Origin: an uncultured Clostridiaceae bacterium
Lineage (GTDB): Bacteria; Bacillota; Clostridia; TANB77; CAG-508
DNA length: 62,773 bases
NCBI GenBank assembly: GCA_948469815.1
Contig: CAOKMR010000002.1
Coordinates: 1-62,773, forward strand
Direction: 5' to 3'
Under the pieces are notes generated by a model that was given only the letters and a program-made list of their open reading frames with translations, was not told the origin of the DNA and did no database searches. A program made the translations under genes and the position numbers. Each line of letters opens with the position of its first letter. Positions within the stretch are counted from its first letter, which is position 1. Positions 27,542 to 36,909 of this stretch are shown here, piece by piece.

Positions 27542-28958
27542 GGAATTTCCACTATCTGAAAAATATATTGATTTTTTCAAACACGAGTGTAGTACAGAGT
27601 TTTTGGAAGGAACAACATTTGCTGGTAAAACAACAGTTGCTGTTCCTAAATTTATGTTTAAAGTTGCTCAAAGTCCTAAAAAGTTACATATAATTGCAGG
27701 GTTAGACCTTGGAACAATTGAAAAAAATATAATAAATAAAGATAAAGGCTTAATTGAAATATTTGGAGAATATAGTCAAGGTGGCTGTATAGAATATAAC
27801 GCAAATGGTAAAGGTGTACATTCATTACCACATATTTTATATCATACTCCAAATGGTGTAAAAGTAATATACATTGTTGGATATGATAACAAAACAAGAT
27901 GGAAAAAGGTACTTGGTGGTCAATATGGATGTATTCTTATAGATGAGTTTAATATTGCAGATATGGACTTTGTAAGAGAAATCTTTATGCGTTGTGATTA
28001 TAGAGTATGTACAATGAACCCTGACGATCCAAATAAAGAATGCTATAAACAATATGTTAATAAATCAAGGCCAACTAAAAAATATGAAAATGATGCTCCA
28101 CTAGAATTGTTAAATATGCTGAATGAAGAACAAATGGATGATTGGACTTGGTGGTATTTTTCTTTTGATCACAATAAAAGTTTAACACCAGAGAAAAAAC
28201 AAAGTATTATAAATTCCGTTCCAGTAGGTACAAAACTATGGAAAAACAAAATAAAAGGATTACGAGGCAAGTCAACAGGACTTGTTTTTCTTAATTTTGA
28301 TAGAAGAAAACATTGCATTACTAAAGAAGAAGCAAAGCAATATTTAAGAGCACCAGGAAACGAAAAAGTACAATTAACAACAAAGCCAATAGCAACAAGA
28401 CAAACAGATGAGCATTTTATAATATTTACTGCAGCATTAGACACAGCATACAGTTCATTAAGCCCTGATACCATTGCAATGTCATTTGCAGGAATAACAA
28501 ACAAAGGTAAATACATCCTATTAGATGAAAAGGTTTATAATAACGCAAACTTGGATCAGCCACTTGCACCAAGTGACACAGTAAAGAACTTTGTTGACTT
28601 CCTAGAAAGAAACAGAAAAGAGTGGGGGCTAGCAAAAAATGTGTTTATAGATTCAGCAGACCAAGCAACAATAAAGGAATTTGCAAAATATAAACGACAA
28701 ACAGGATGTATATATGTGTTTAATTCAGCTTGGAAGGCTAAAATGCTAATAATAGACAGAATAAATACACAATTAGGATGGTTCAAAGATAATTGTTATT
28801 TTATAGTTGATACTTGCACAAATTATTGTGACGAACTAGATGTGTATAGTTGGAAAGAGGACAAAGACAATGAACCTGAAGATGGAAACGATCATATGGT
28901 TAATAGTTGTCAGTATAGTTGGATTCCATATGTAAGTAAAATAGGAGTGAAAAAATAA
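27516..28958 (+). CDS. Terminase large subunit
   Basis: 480 aa with Walker A-like GTTFAGKTT, Walker B-like CILIDEF and a C-terminal nuclease region with acidic motifs. The start may be ATG 27528. Confidence 0.9.
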   Translation: MVVTMEQNEEFPLSEKYIDFFKHECSTEFLEGTTFAGKTTVAVPKFMFKVAQSPKKLHIIAGLDLGTIEKNIINKDKGLIEIFGEYSQGGCIEYNANGKGVHSLPHILYHTPNGVKVIYIVGYDNKTRWKKVLGGQYGCILIDEFNIADMDFVREIFMRCDYRVCTMNPDDPNKECYKQYVNKSRPTKKYENDAPLELLNMLNEEQMDDWTWWYFSFDHNKSLTPEKKQSIINSVPVGTKLWKNKIKGLRGKSTGLVFLNFDRRKHCITKEEAKQYLRAPGNEKVQLTTKPIATRQTDEHFIIFTAALDTAYSSLSPDTIAMSFAGITNKGKYILLDEKVYNNANLDQPLAPSDTVKNFVDFLERNRKEWGLAKNVFIDSADQATIKEFAKYKRQTGCIYVFNSAWKAKMLIIDRINTQLGWFKDNCYFIVDTCTNYCDELDVYSWKEDKDNEPEDGNDHMVNSCQYSWIPYVSKIGVKK

Positions 28959-30515
28959 TGAAATTTGGAGAAAGAGTGAAAAATATGATTAAATCGTGGT
29001 TAGATATTAGACCAGCACAAGGTCAAACATTTATAATCAATGAGAATATGGATTTTCAAGCTAATTGCATAAAAAATAAAATATGGTATAGAGGCGATAG
29101 TAGAGAATTATCTGAATTTTATGGCCAATTAATGTTTGCTGAAGATACTTTTTGGGGTGCAGCACAAACAGCAGATATTAGGATGAAAAAATCACATTCA
29201 GGATTACCAAAACTAATAATAAAAACTATTATAAATACAGTTATGACAGATTATGCAGGTGATGATGTAGAAAATGAATATTGGAAAGAAGTTAACAAAG
29301 AAAATGAATTTGATAGTAAAATGTTAAAGGCTTTGTTAGCAGATTTATTACATATAGGTGATGGTGCAATAAAAATAAATTATGATGCTGATATATCTGA
29401 TAAAGCAATTCTTGAATGGGTAGATGGTTCAAAAATCGATTTTATTTATAAAAGAGGTAGATTAGTAGAACTAGTATTTAAATCTTTTTACGAGGAAGGA
29501 AATACAACATATTTATTAGAAGAACATTATGGATTTCGGATATATAACTTATAAGTTATTAAAAGATGGACAAGAAGTAAGTTTAAATAAAGTACCTGCA
29601 TTAGCAAAACTTAAAAATATAACTTTTGATAAGTCAATAATGTGGGCAGTACCAGTAATGTTAAGTGAATCAGTAAAATATAAAGGAAGAGGAGAGTCTA
29701 TTTTTGAAGGAAAATATGACTCTTTTGATAGTTTAGATGAAATTATATCTCAATGGCTAGAAGCAGTTAGAGCAGGAAGGGCAATAAAATATATTCCTGA
29801 GAGTATGATTCCAAGAGATCCTGAAACAGGAGAATTTTTATTAAATAGTAATCCATTTGATAATAAGTATATTTCTCCTGAAGGAAATATGTCAGAAAAT
29901 GGACAAGATACTATTGAAATAAAACAAGCAGAAATACCAACAGAGAACTACTTACAATCATACATAACATTTTTAGATTTATGCTTGCAGGGAGTTATAA
30001 GTCCATCTACACTTGGAATTGATACAAAAAAATTAGATAATGCTGAAGCACAAAGAGAAAAGGAAAAAACTACTTTATATACTAGAGGTTTAATAATTGA
30101 TACATTATCAGAGTTTATTCCAAAAGTTATCAATACAGTCTTAAAATCAAGAAACCAAATGGAAAACAAAGGTTTAACTGAAGATATAGAAGTAAGTTTA
30201 AAATTTGGAGAATATAGCAACCCTTCATTTGAAGCACAAGTGGAAACAGTTAGTAAGGGAAAACAAGGGGGCATAATGTCAATAGAAGCCTGTGTAGAAG
30301 AATTATATGGAGATTCTAAAGATGAAGAGTGGAAATTAGAAGAAATCGCAAGATTAAAAGCAGAACAAGGGATTGTTGATATAGAAGAACCAGCAGTAAA
30401 CTTTGATTTAGAAATGGAAGAAGATACAACAAAAGAGCAAAAACCAAAAAAAACAGAACAAAAAGTAGAAGGTCAAAAAGAAGAAAAGAAAGACCAGGAG
30501 AAAGTAAATGAATAA
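28958..30515 (+). CDS. Portal protein (SPP1 gp6-like), split by a +1 frame change at in-frame CGG 29537-29539
   Basis: Two overlapping ORFs (28958-29554 and 29529-30515) of 198 + 328 aa together give a normal portal length. Junction is gga ttt C gga tat. Position is between terL and the head-morphogenesis gene. Confidence 0.8.
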
Positions 30516-31731
30516 TGAATATGATGTTTCAAAAGCATTTCAAAGAATAGAAGAAACTCTTATAAAATCAATGAAAAGAAATCTTACAAGGCACTTAAAC
30601 GAAGAAAAAGATCTCAATATGAATTGGAGTGCTTGGCAAACAGAACAATTAAAATCATTAGAACATTTTAAAAGAAGTAACAAACAACTATTCAAAAATG
30701 ACTTTTCTACAATAAATAATGATGTGGAAGCGTTGATAAAACAAAGTTTTGAAAATGGAAAGCTAGATCAAGAAAGAGTAATATTAGAAGCTATAAAAGA
30801 AGGTAACTTTAAGAGTAATGACAAGGAAATAAATAAGTTATGGCATATTTATAAAAACACTAAAAATAAAAGAATAAAGAAAAAACAGCTTACTAGAATA
30901 TATGAAAAAACAGAACAAGCAGAATCAAACTTTTTTAAAATAAATGACAGAAAACTTAATGCACTAATAAATGAAACAAAAGAGAATTTTCAAAAAGCAG
31001 AACTTTCAATATTAAGATATACTAATGATCAGTATAGACAAATAATATACGATGCTCAAGTGTATGCAAATACAGGTTCAGGAACAATAAAACAAGCAGT
31101 TGATATGGCCACAAAAGATTTTCTTTCAAAAGGTATAAATAGTATAGAATATTCAAATGGTGCTATGGTAAATATAGCATCCTATGCAGAAATGGCCATT
31201 AGAACAGCAAATAAAAGGGCATATTTACAAGGTGAAGGAACAAAAAGGGTAGGATGGGGAGTACATACAGTTTTAGTTCCAAATCGTGGTGGAGGATGTC
31301 CTTATTGCATAAAGTTTCAAGGTAAAGTATTTATTGATGATGTTTGGAGTGGTGGAACAGAAGCAGAAAGTAAAGAAACAGGTTATCCTTTATTAAGTAC
31401 AGCAATAAAAGCAAAATTATTTCATCCTAACTGCAAAGATACAATTGTTACTTACTTTCCAGGTATTAATACACAGCCAATTCCACCAACAAAAGAACAA
31501 TTAGAAATGAAGAAACAAAAATATATTATAGAGCAAAAACAAAGATATAATGAAAGGCAAATAAGGAAATACAAAAGGTTAGAATTAGGAAGTACAGACG
31601 AAGAAAATATAGAAAAATATCATAAAAGAAGATTAAAATGGCAGCAGTATAATAAAGAATTTTGCGAAAAACACAATTTAAAAAGACAATATGATAGAGA
31701 AGAAGTAAAAGTAAAAGTAAGCACTAAATAA
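30508..31731 (+). CDS. Head morphogenesis protein (SPP1 gp7 / Mu F-like)
   Basis: 407 aa with ..NRGGGCPYC.KFQGKVF.. motif; follows the portal gene. Confidence 0.75.
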   Translation: MNNEYDVSKAFQRIEETLIKSMKRNLTRHLNEEKDLNMNWSAWQTEQLKSLEHFKRSNKQLFKNDFSTINNDVEALIKQSFENGKLDQERVILEAIKEGNFKSNDKEINKLWHIYKNTKNKRIKKKQLTRIYEKTEQAESNFFKINDRKLNALINETKENFQKAELSILRYTNDQYRQIIYDAQVYANTGSGTIKQAVDMATKDFLSKGINSIEYSNGAMVNIASYAEMAIRTANKRAYLQGEGTKRVGWGVHTVLVPNRGGGCPYCIKFQGKVFIDDVWSGGTEAESKETGYPLLSTAIKAKLFHPNCKDTIVTYFPGINTQPIPPTKEQLEMKKQKYIIEQKQRYNERQIRKYKRLELGSTDEENIEKYHKRRLKWQQYNKEFCEKHNLKRQYDREEVKVKVSTK

Positions 31732-31762
31732 TAGTACGTTAATATGAAAGGGGTGAGAATAT

Positions 31763-32056
31763 ATGAAATTAATGATTAGTCAGCCTATGAAAGGAAAAAC
31801 AAATGAACAAATACGAGAAGAAAGAGCAGAATTAGTAAAAAGACTACAAGAAGAAGGACACGAAGTAGTAGACACAGTATTTGAAAATGCTCCAGCAGAT
31901 GAAGATGTTGCAATTTATTGTTTATCTCAATCAATAAGATATATAGGAAAAGTAGATGCGTTATATTTTATGAAAGGTTGGGAAAAAGCAAGAGGTTGTA
32001 AGATAGAACATCAAGTTGCAGTTGAATATGGAAAACAAGTATTTTATGAAAATTAA
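31763..32056 (+). CDS. DUF4406-like small protein (nucleoside 2-deoxyribosyltransferase-like fold)
   Basis: 97 aa: ISQPMKGK.. N-terminus and ..ALYFMKGWEKARGCKIEHQVA.. C-terminus, resembling DUF4406. Confidence 0.45.
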   Translation: MKLMISQPMKGKTNEQIREERAELVKRLQEEGHEVVDTVFENAPADEDVAIYCLSQSIRYIGKVDALYFMKGWEKARGCKIEHQVAVEYGKQVFYEN

Positions 32057-32086
32057 TTAAAAAATAATATTAGGAGGTAAATTAAA

Positions 32087-32368
32087 ATGGCTAAAAAGAA
32101 AGAAGAAGTCAAAGAAGCAGAAAAATTAACAGAAGAGGTTACTACAGAAGAAACAACAGAAGAGGTAAAGGAAGTAAAAAAAGAAACTAAAAAAACATTA
32201 GTTGCTAATACTTCTTTTAATGATAAATATACAGGAGAAAAATACACAGAAAAGACAGAATTTATTGTTGTAAATGAAGATATTACAACAACAAAAGTAA
32301 AAGACAACCAATACAAAATATCAGCAAAAAGAGCAGAAGAAATAAAAGCAAAAGGATATATTGATTAG
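32087..32368 (+). CDS. Lys/Glu-rich hypothetical phage protein
   Basis: 93-aa ORF with RBS AGGAGG, followed by a terminator. Confidence 0.5.
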   Translation: MAKKKEEVKEAEKLTEEVTTEETTEEVKEVKKETKKTLVANTSFNDKYTGEKYTEKTEFIVVNEDITTTKVKDNQYKISAKRAEEIKAKGYID

Positions 32369-32377
32369 TCTGATTAT

Positions 32378-32399
32378 TAAGAGCCGTAAGGCTCTTTTT
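32378..32399 (+). terminator. Rho-independent terminator
   Basis: aagagcc-gtaa-ggctctt followed by TTTTT. Confidence 0.7.
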
Positions 32400-32473
32400 T
32401 AATGCTCCAAACACTGAAGAGGGTAAAAGCTTGTGTAATATAGTCATTTCAAGACTTAAAAAAGTAGGAGGTA

Positions 32474-33118
32474 GTGATTATGGATGGAGATAATAACGCA
32501 AATAATAATGCAAATAACAATGTGAATCCAAATGCCCAAAGCACTACAGGGCAACAAAACAATAATGCAAATCAACCAAATAACAATTCTAATGCGATTG
32601 ATTATAACAAAATCCAAGAAATGATAGATGGTAGAAATGCAAAAACAGAAGATAGTGTTTTAAAAAGCTATTTTCAAAAGCAAGGCTTAAGTCAAGAGGA
32701 AATAGAAAGTGCAATAAATACTTTCAAAACTCAAAAGGCCAACCAAGCCAATGCACAAAACAAGGAACTTACTGATGCACAAGCATCTTTACAAAAATCA
32801 CAATTAGAAAATCAAAGATTAAGAATAGAAAAGAAAGCGTACGATTTCGTTGATGAACTTAATGTTGATATTAAGACTATGCCATATCTATTAAAAATGG
32901 CAGATCTAAACAATTGTGCAGATAAAGATGGAAATGTATTAGAAGATACTTTAAAAACTGCACTACAAAAAGTTATAGATGATGTACCAGGATTAAAAAA
33001 ACAAGTCCAAGGAATAGTAGGAATAACAGTAGGTGCAGATACAAATAACGGAACGAACTCTAATAATGGAGTATTTGATTTCGGATTTACAGGTGTAAGA
33101 CCTAAAAAACAAAATTAA
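32474..33118 (+). CDS. Capsid scaffolding protein with Asn/Gln-rich N-terminus
   Basis: 214 aa with a coiled-coil centre, directly upstream of the major capsid gene. The N-terminus has low-complexity NNANNNANNN... Confidence 0.6.
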   Translation: MIMDGDNNANNNANNNVNPNAQSTTGQQNNNANQPNNNSNAIDYNKIQEMIDGRNAKTEDSVLKSYFQKQGLSQEEIESAINTFKTQKANQANAQNKELTDAQASLQKSQLENQRLRIEKKAYDFVDELNVDIKTMPYLLKMADLNNCADKDGNVLEDTLKTALQKVIDDVPGLKKQVQGIVGITVGADTNNGTNSNNGVFDFGFTGVRPKKQN

Positions 33119-33148
33119 AAATAAAAAAAGAAAGGAAGGCGATTTATT

Positions 33149-34186
33149 ATGCCATTTGAAAAAACAGGATTAAATTATGCTAAAGAATATTCACAAGCAT
33201 TAGCACAAGCATATCCATATACATTATTCTTTGGTGCTTTATGGAATGCAACAAAACCAGATGTTAAATTTTTAAGAAATGATACAGTAATTCTACCAAG
33301 TTTATCAGTAAAAGGTAGAAAAAACGGAGATAGAGATTCAATAGGAAGCTTTGGAAGAAACTTCAATAATGATGAAGAACCAAAGAAATTGAAAACTCAC
33401 AGAACTTGGGATACACTTATTCATCCAAGAGATATTGATGAAACAAATCACGTTGCAACAATACAAAATATCACTAAAGTTATGAATGAGGAACAAAAAT
33501 TTCCTGAAATGGATGCTGAAATGATTACAGCATTATATAAACTAAAAAATGAAATCGAAACTATAACAGAAGATGATGTTCTTACATTAGCAAATGTATT
33601 AACAAAATTTGATGCTATGATGGACAAAATGGATGAAAAAAGAGTTCCTGCAGCAGGAAGATTACTATATGCAGATACTCCTACAAAAACTCTAATTGAT
33701 ACAGCAAAAGAAGCTGCTAGAAACTTGTCAGCACAAGACACAGCAGTTGCTAGATCATTAGACAGAATTGGAGAAGTTGAAGTAATTGGTGTTCCAAAAT
33801 CTGCAATGAAATCTGCTTACAAATTTACTGATGATGGATTTGAAGTTGCTGTAGATGAATATGAAAAAACTGCTGATACAGATGTAGTAACAGGAAAGAC
33901 TTATTATACAAAATCAGGAAATACATATACTGCAGTTACAAACCCAACAAAAGCAGATATTGCTACATATTATGAAAAAGTACAGGAAGGTGCAAAAGAT
34001 GTAAAAATGATATTAATTCATACATCTGCAGTTATTCCAGTAATAGCATACGATTTTGCTCAATTAGGTGCTCCAAGTTCTTTATCACAAGGAAAATGGA
34101 CATACTTTGAAGAGTCATTTGAAGATGTATTCATCTACAACAAGAAACACGATGCTATTCAATTCTATATTGAAAGAACTGCCTAA
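33149..34186 (+). CDS. Major capsid protein
   Basis: 345 aa with a strong RBS. Called from position after the scaffold gene and from size. Confidence 0.75.
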   Translation: MPFEKTGLNYAKEYSQALAQAYPYTLFFGALWNATKPDVKFLRNDTVILPSLSVKGRKNGDRDSIGSFGRNFNNDEEPKKLKTHRTWDTLIHPRDIDETNHVATIQNITKVMNEEQKFPEMDAEMITALYKLKNEIETITEDDVLTLANVLTKFDAMMDKMDEKRVPAAGRLLYADTPTKTLIDTAKEAARNLSAQDTAVARSLDRIGEVEVIGVPKSAMKSAYKFTDDGFEVAVDEYEKTADTDVVTGKTYYTKSGNTYTAVTNPTKADIATYYEKVQEGAKDVKMILIHTSAVIPVIAYDFAQLGAPSSLSQGKWTYFEESFEDVFIYNKKHDAIQFYIERTA

Positions 34187-34200
34187 ATTGGAGGTAAGAT

Positions 34201-34584
34201 ATGAGTAATTATGTAGATATTACTTATTATCAAGATACCTATAAAGGAACGGTAATTCCTAAAGATAAAATTGAAGAAAAATTAAAAGAAGCAAGTATGC
34301 ATATTGATACTTTAACTTATAATCGTATAGTTGGAAGAGGTTTTGAAAATCTAACAAAATTCCAACAAGACATTATAAAAGAGGTTGTATGCAAACTTGC
34401 TGATTTTGAATATGAAAATGAGGACTTGATAAAGTCTGTATTATCCAGTTATGCAATAAATGGTGTATCAATGAACTTTGGAACAAGTTGGAATATTCAA
34501 GTTCAAAATGGTGTTGCTATACCTAAAGATTACTATTGTTTATTGAGTCAAACAGGGTTAACTTGTAGAAATATGAGGTGTTGA
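34201..34584 (+). CDS. Head-tail connector (gp6-like) protein
   Basis: 127 aa; called from position and size. Confidence 0.55.
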   Translation: MSNYVDITYYQDTYKGTVIPKDKIEEKLKEASMHIDTLTYNRIVGRGFENLTKFQQDIIKEVVCKLADFEYENEDLIKSVLSSYAINGVSMNFGTSWNIQVQNGVAIPKDYYCLLSQTGLTCRNMRC

Positions 34585-34585
34585 T

Positions 34586-34924
34586 ATGAAATATCCAAAA
34601 CTAGTAAGAAAAGAAAATTGTAAAACAGATATTCATATTGTTTTATATGGTGAAGGGATAACAGAAGATGGCGAACCAATAATTGCATTAGATACTAATC
34701 TAAAGTGTAATTATCAGGACAAAGCTAAAAGAGTATTAACTGCAGAAAAAGTAATAATTCAATTAACTGCAAAAGCATACTTTGTTGGAGATATTGCTCC
34801 TGATTTGGCAGTTATTTCTGGTGGCCAAGTTACTGTATTTGGAGAAACAAGATCAATATATCAAGGAACTAAAGCAAGAAATCCTGATGGAACTGTTAAT
34901 TTTACAGAATTGGAGATAATGTAA
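34586..34924 (+). CDS. Head-closure/head-tail adaptor protein
   Basis: 112 aa; called from position. Confidence 0.5.
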   Translation: MKYPKLVRKENCKTDIHIVLYGEGITEDGEPIIALDTNLKCNYQDKAKRVLTAEKVIIQLTAKAYFVGDIAPDLAVISGGQVTVFGETRSIYQGTKARNPDGTVNFTELEIM

Positions 34925-35304
34925 TGAAAACTGTAACTTCAAAAATAAAATTAAATGCTCCTAAAATAAAACAATTAGATCGTGCAACCATAACTTCACT
35001 TGAAAAGACTATTAGTGCTTTGCATACTGAAGTGGAAAATGCACAAGTAATGCCATTTAAAAGTGGAAATATGCAGAATGACAATACATATGAAGATTAT
35101 TCAAACAGCAAACAAGGAAAAGTAAGTTTAATTACTTCTACACCTTATTCAAGAAGAATGTATTTTCATCCTGAATATAATTTCTCGAAAGAGGAGAATC
35201 CAAACGCTAGAGGAAATTGGTACGAGCCTTGGACTACTGGAAAAGAAAAAGATTTTTGCAAGAAGGCATTTTCACAATTTTATAAAAAGGAGGCAGGTTT
35301 ATAA
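34924..35304 (+). CDS. Head-tail joining protein
   Basis: 126 aa; called from position. Overlapping start/stop. Confidence 0.5.
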   Translation: MKTVTSKIKLNAPKIKQLDRATITSLEKTISALHTEVENAQVMPFKSGNMQNDNTYEDYSNSKQGKVSLITSTPYSRRMYFHPEYNFSKEENPNARGNWYEPWTTGKEKDFCKKAFSQFYKKEAGL

Positions 35305-35729
35305 TGAGTAAACTGTTAGGACTAGCAGATATAAGAGATTGGATAAAATCTTTAAATTATACTGCTTCAGAGAATTGTTATATAGGAAAATTAGATAATA
35401 AGAAAGATAAGTCTATTGGCATATATCAATTAAAAACTAGCAACGAAGCAAATGTTGCAATAGGTGGAAGTGATAATACCAAAACCCTAGAAAAATCAGT
35501 TAGTATTTTAATTCATTGGAATAAAAATGCAAAAGAAACTGAAGAAATTTCAAACAAGATTTATAGCAAGTTTTTAGAATCAAAAGAATTTGTTATAAAC
35601 AACATAAAAGTAAATTATATAAGATTGCTTGTACCTGAAGCTGTTGATGTTGGAACAGATGATAAAAACATCTATGAAAGGGTTATACAGGCAATTTTTT
35701 ATTATGAAAAAAAGGAAAAGGAGGAATAA
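35304..35729 (+). CDS. Tail-completion protein
   Basis: 141 aa; called from position. Confidence 0.5.
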   Translation: MSKLLGLADIRDWIKSLNYTASENCYIGKLDNKKDKSIGIYQLKTSNEANVAIGGSDNTKTLEKSVSILIHWNKNAKETEEISNKIYSKFLESKEFVINNIKVNYIRLLVPEAVDVGTDDKNIYERVIQAIFYYEKKEKEE

Positions 35730-35732
35730 CTC

Positions 35733-36182
35733 ATGGCAACTGTAACAAGTGGAGTATATCCAGTATTTAATAATGTATTTAAAATAGGTACAAAAGGCAG
35801 AACATCTACAACTGAAGATATGAAAACAATTGCAGATTGTGAGACATTTTCTTTGTCAATGGATAACAATGTAGAAGAGTGGACACCAATGACAACAGAA
35901 GGATGGATCAGAAGAATGCAAACAGGTAAAGGTTTCTCTATTAGCATTTCAGGTAAAAGAAATGTTGGAGATGATGGAAATGATTATGTTGCAAGCAAAT
36001 TATTTTCAACAGGACAATCAGTAGAAACCAAATTTGAATGGGAATTTGCAGACGGAACAACAGTTAGTTTCGATTGTATTATTTCTGTATCAAACGCTGG
36101 TACTGGCGATAGTACAAATGTCGCACCTTTAGAATTTGAGGTTATGTCAGATGGAAAACCAACTGTAACACCAGCAGCATAA
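35733..36182 (+). CDS. Major tail protein
   Basis: 149 aa, followed by a strong terminator and then the chaperone pair and tape measure gene. Confidence 0.7.
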   Translation: MATVTSGVYPVFNNVFKIGTKGRTSTTEDMKTIADCETFSLSMDNNVEEWTPMTTEGWIRRMQTGKGFSISISGKRNVGDDGNDYVASKLFSTGQSVETKFEWEFADGTTVSFDCIISVSNAGTGDSTNVAPLEFEVMSDGKPTVTPAA

Positions 36183-36185
36183 AAC

Positions 36186-36222
36186 AAGCCTCGGTAGTTA
36201 TCTACTGGGGCTTTATTTTTTT
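36186..36222 (+). terminator. Rho-independent terminator after the major tail gene
   Basis: 12-bp stem aagcctcggtag / ctactggggctt followed by a T-run. Confidence 0.7.
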
Positions 36223-36251
36223 ATTTATAAAAAGAAAAGAGGTAATTTAAA

Positions 36252-36557
36252 ATGGCAAGTATTGATATTAGTTCAAAATTAGGAAAAGAAAAAGCCACTA
36301 TAAAGTTGGCAGAAGATAAAGTTTACGAAGTTGATACTAGTGCAGACAACTATTTATTAGTACAAGAAAAAATTAAAGATCAAGATTTTTCTATTGAAGT
36401 TATGTATCAAATGATTGAAATGCTAATTGGAGAAAAAGCATTAAAAGAAATAAAAGAAATGAAACTTACTATACCTGGATTAAAAGCAGTAATAATTGCT
36501 TTATCAGCAGTTGTAAACGAAGTAGAATACGAGGAAATGGAGAAACGATTTCAATAA
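36252..36557 (+). CDS. Tail assembly chaperone (gpG-like)
   Basis: 101 aa, directly upstream of the tape measure region. Confidence 0.6.
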   Translation: MASIDISSKLGKEKATIKLAEDKVYEVDTSADNYLLVQEKIKDQDFSIEVMYQMIEMLIGEKALKEIKEMKLTIPGLKAVIIALSAVVNEVEYEEMEKRFQ

Positions 36558-36606
36558 TACTTCGACATACGATCCAGGATATGACTTATTTGAAGATTGG
36601 GATTTA

Positions 36607-36909
36607 GTGGCCTCAAGTTTGAAAACACAATATGGTTATAGTGTTAGAAAAGAAATCGATAATTTAGACTGGGGAGAATTAATAAGTGATATTTCAGGGC
36701 TAAAAGGAGATACACCACTTGGAAACATTATAAGAATTAGAAAAGAAAAAGATCCTGAAGTATTAAAAAAGTTTACTCCTGAAGAAATTAAAATACGAAA
36801 TGAATGGTTAAATAAATCAGCATCTCAAATAAGTGAAGAAAATTATAAACAAGCTATGGAAAGCATAAAAAATATGTTTAAAACTATGGCACAAAGTGAG
36901 GTGAGATAA
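36607..36909 (+). CDS. Tail assembly chaperone extension (gpT-like); frame open from 36526 in +1 relative to the upstream ORF
   Basis: No SD or ATG; the only start is GTG 36607. The frame overlaps the last 30 nt of the gpG-like ORF. Confidence 0.5.
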   Translation: MASSLKTQYGYSVRKEIDNLDWGELISDISGLKGDTPLGNIIRIRKEKDPEVLKKFTPEEIKIRNEWLNKSASQISEENYKQAMESIKNMFKTMAQSEVR

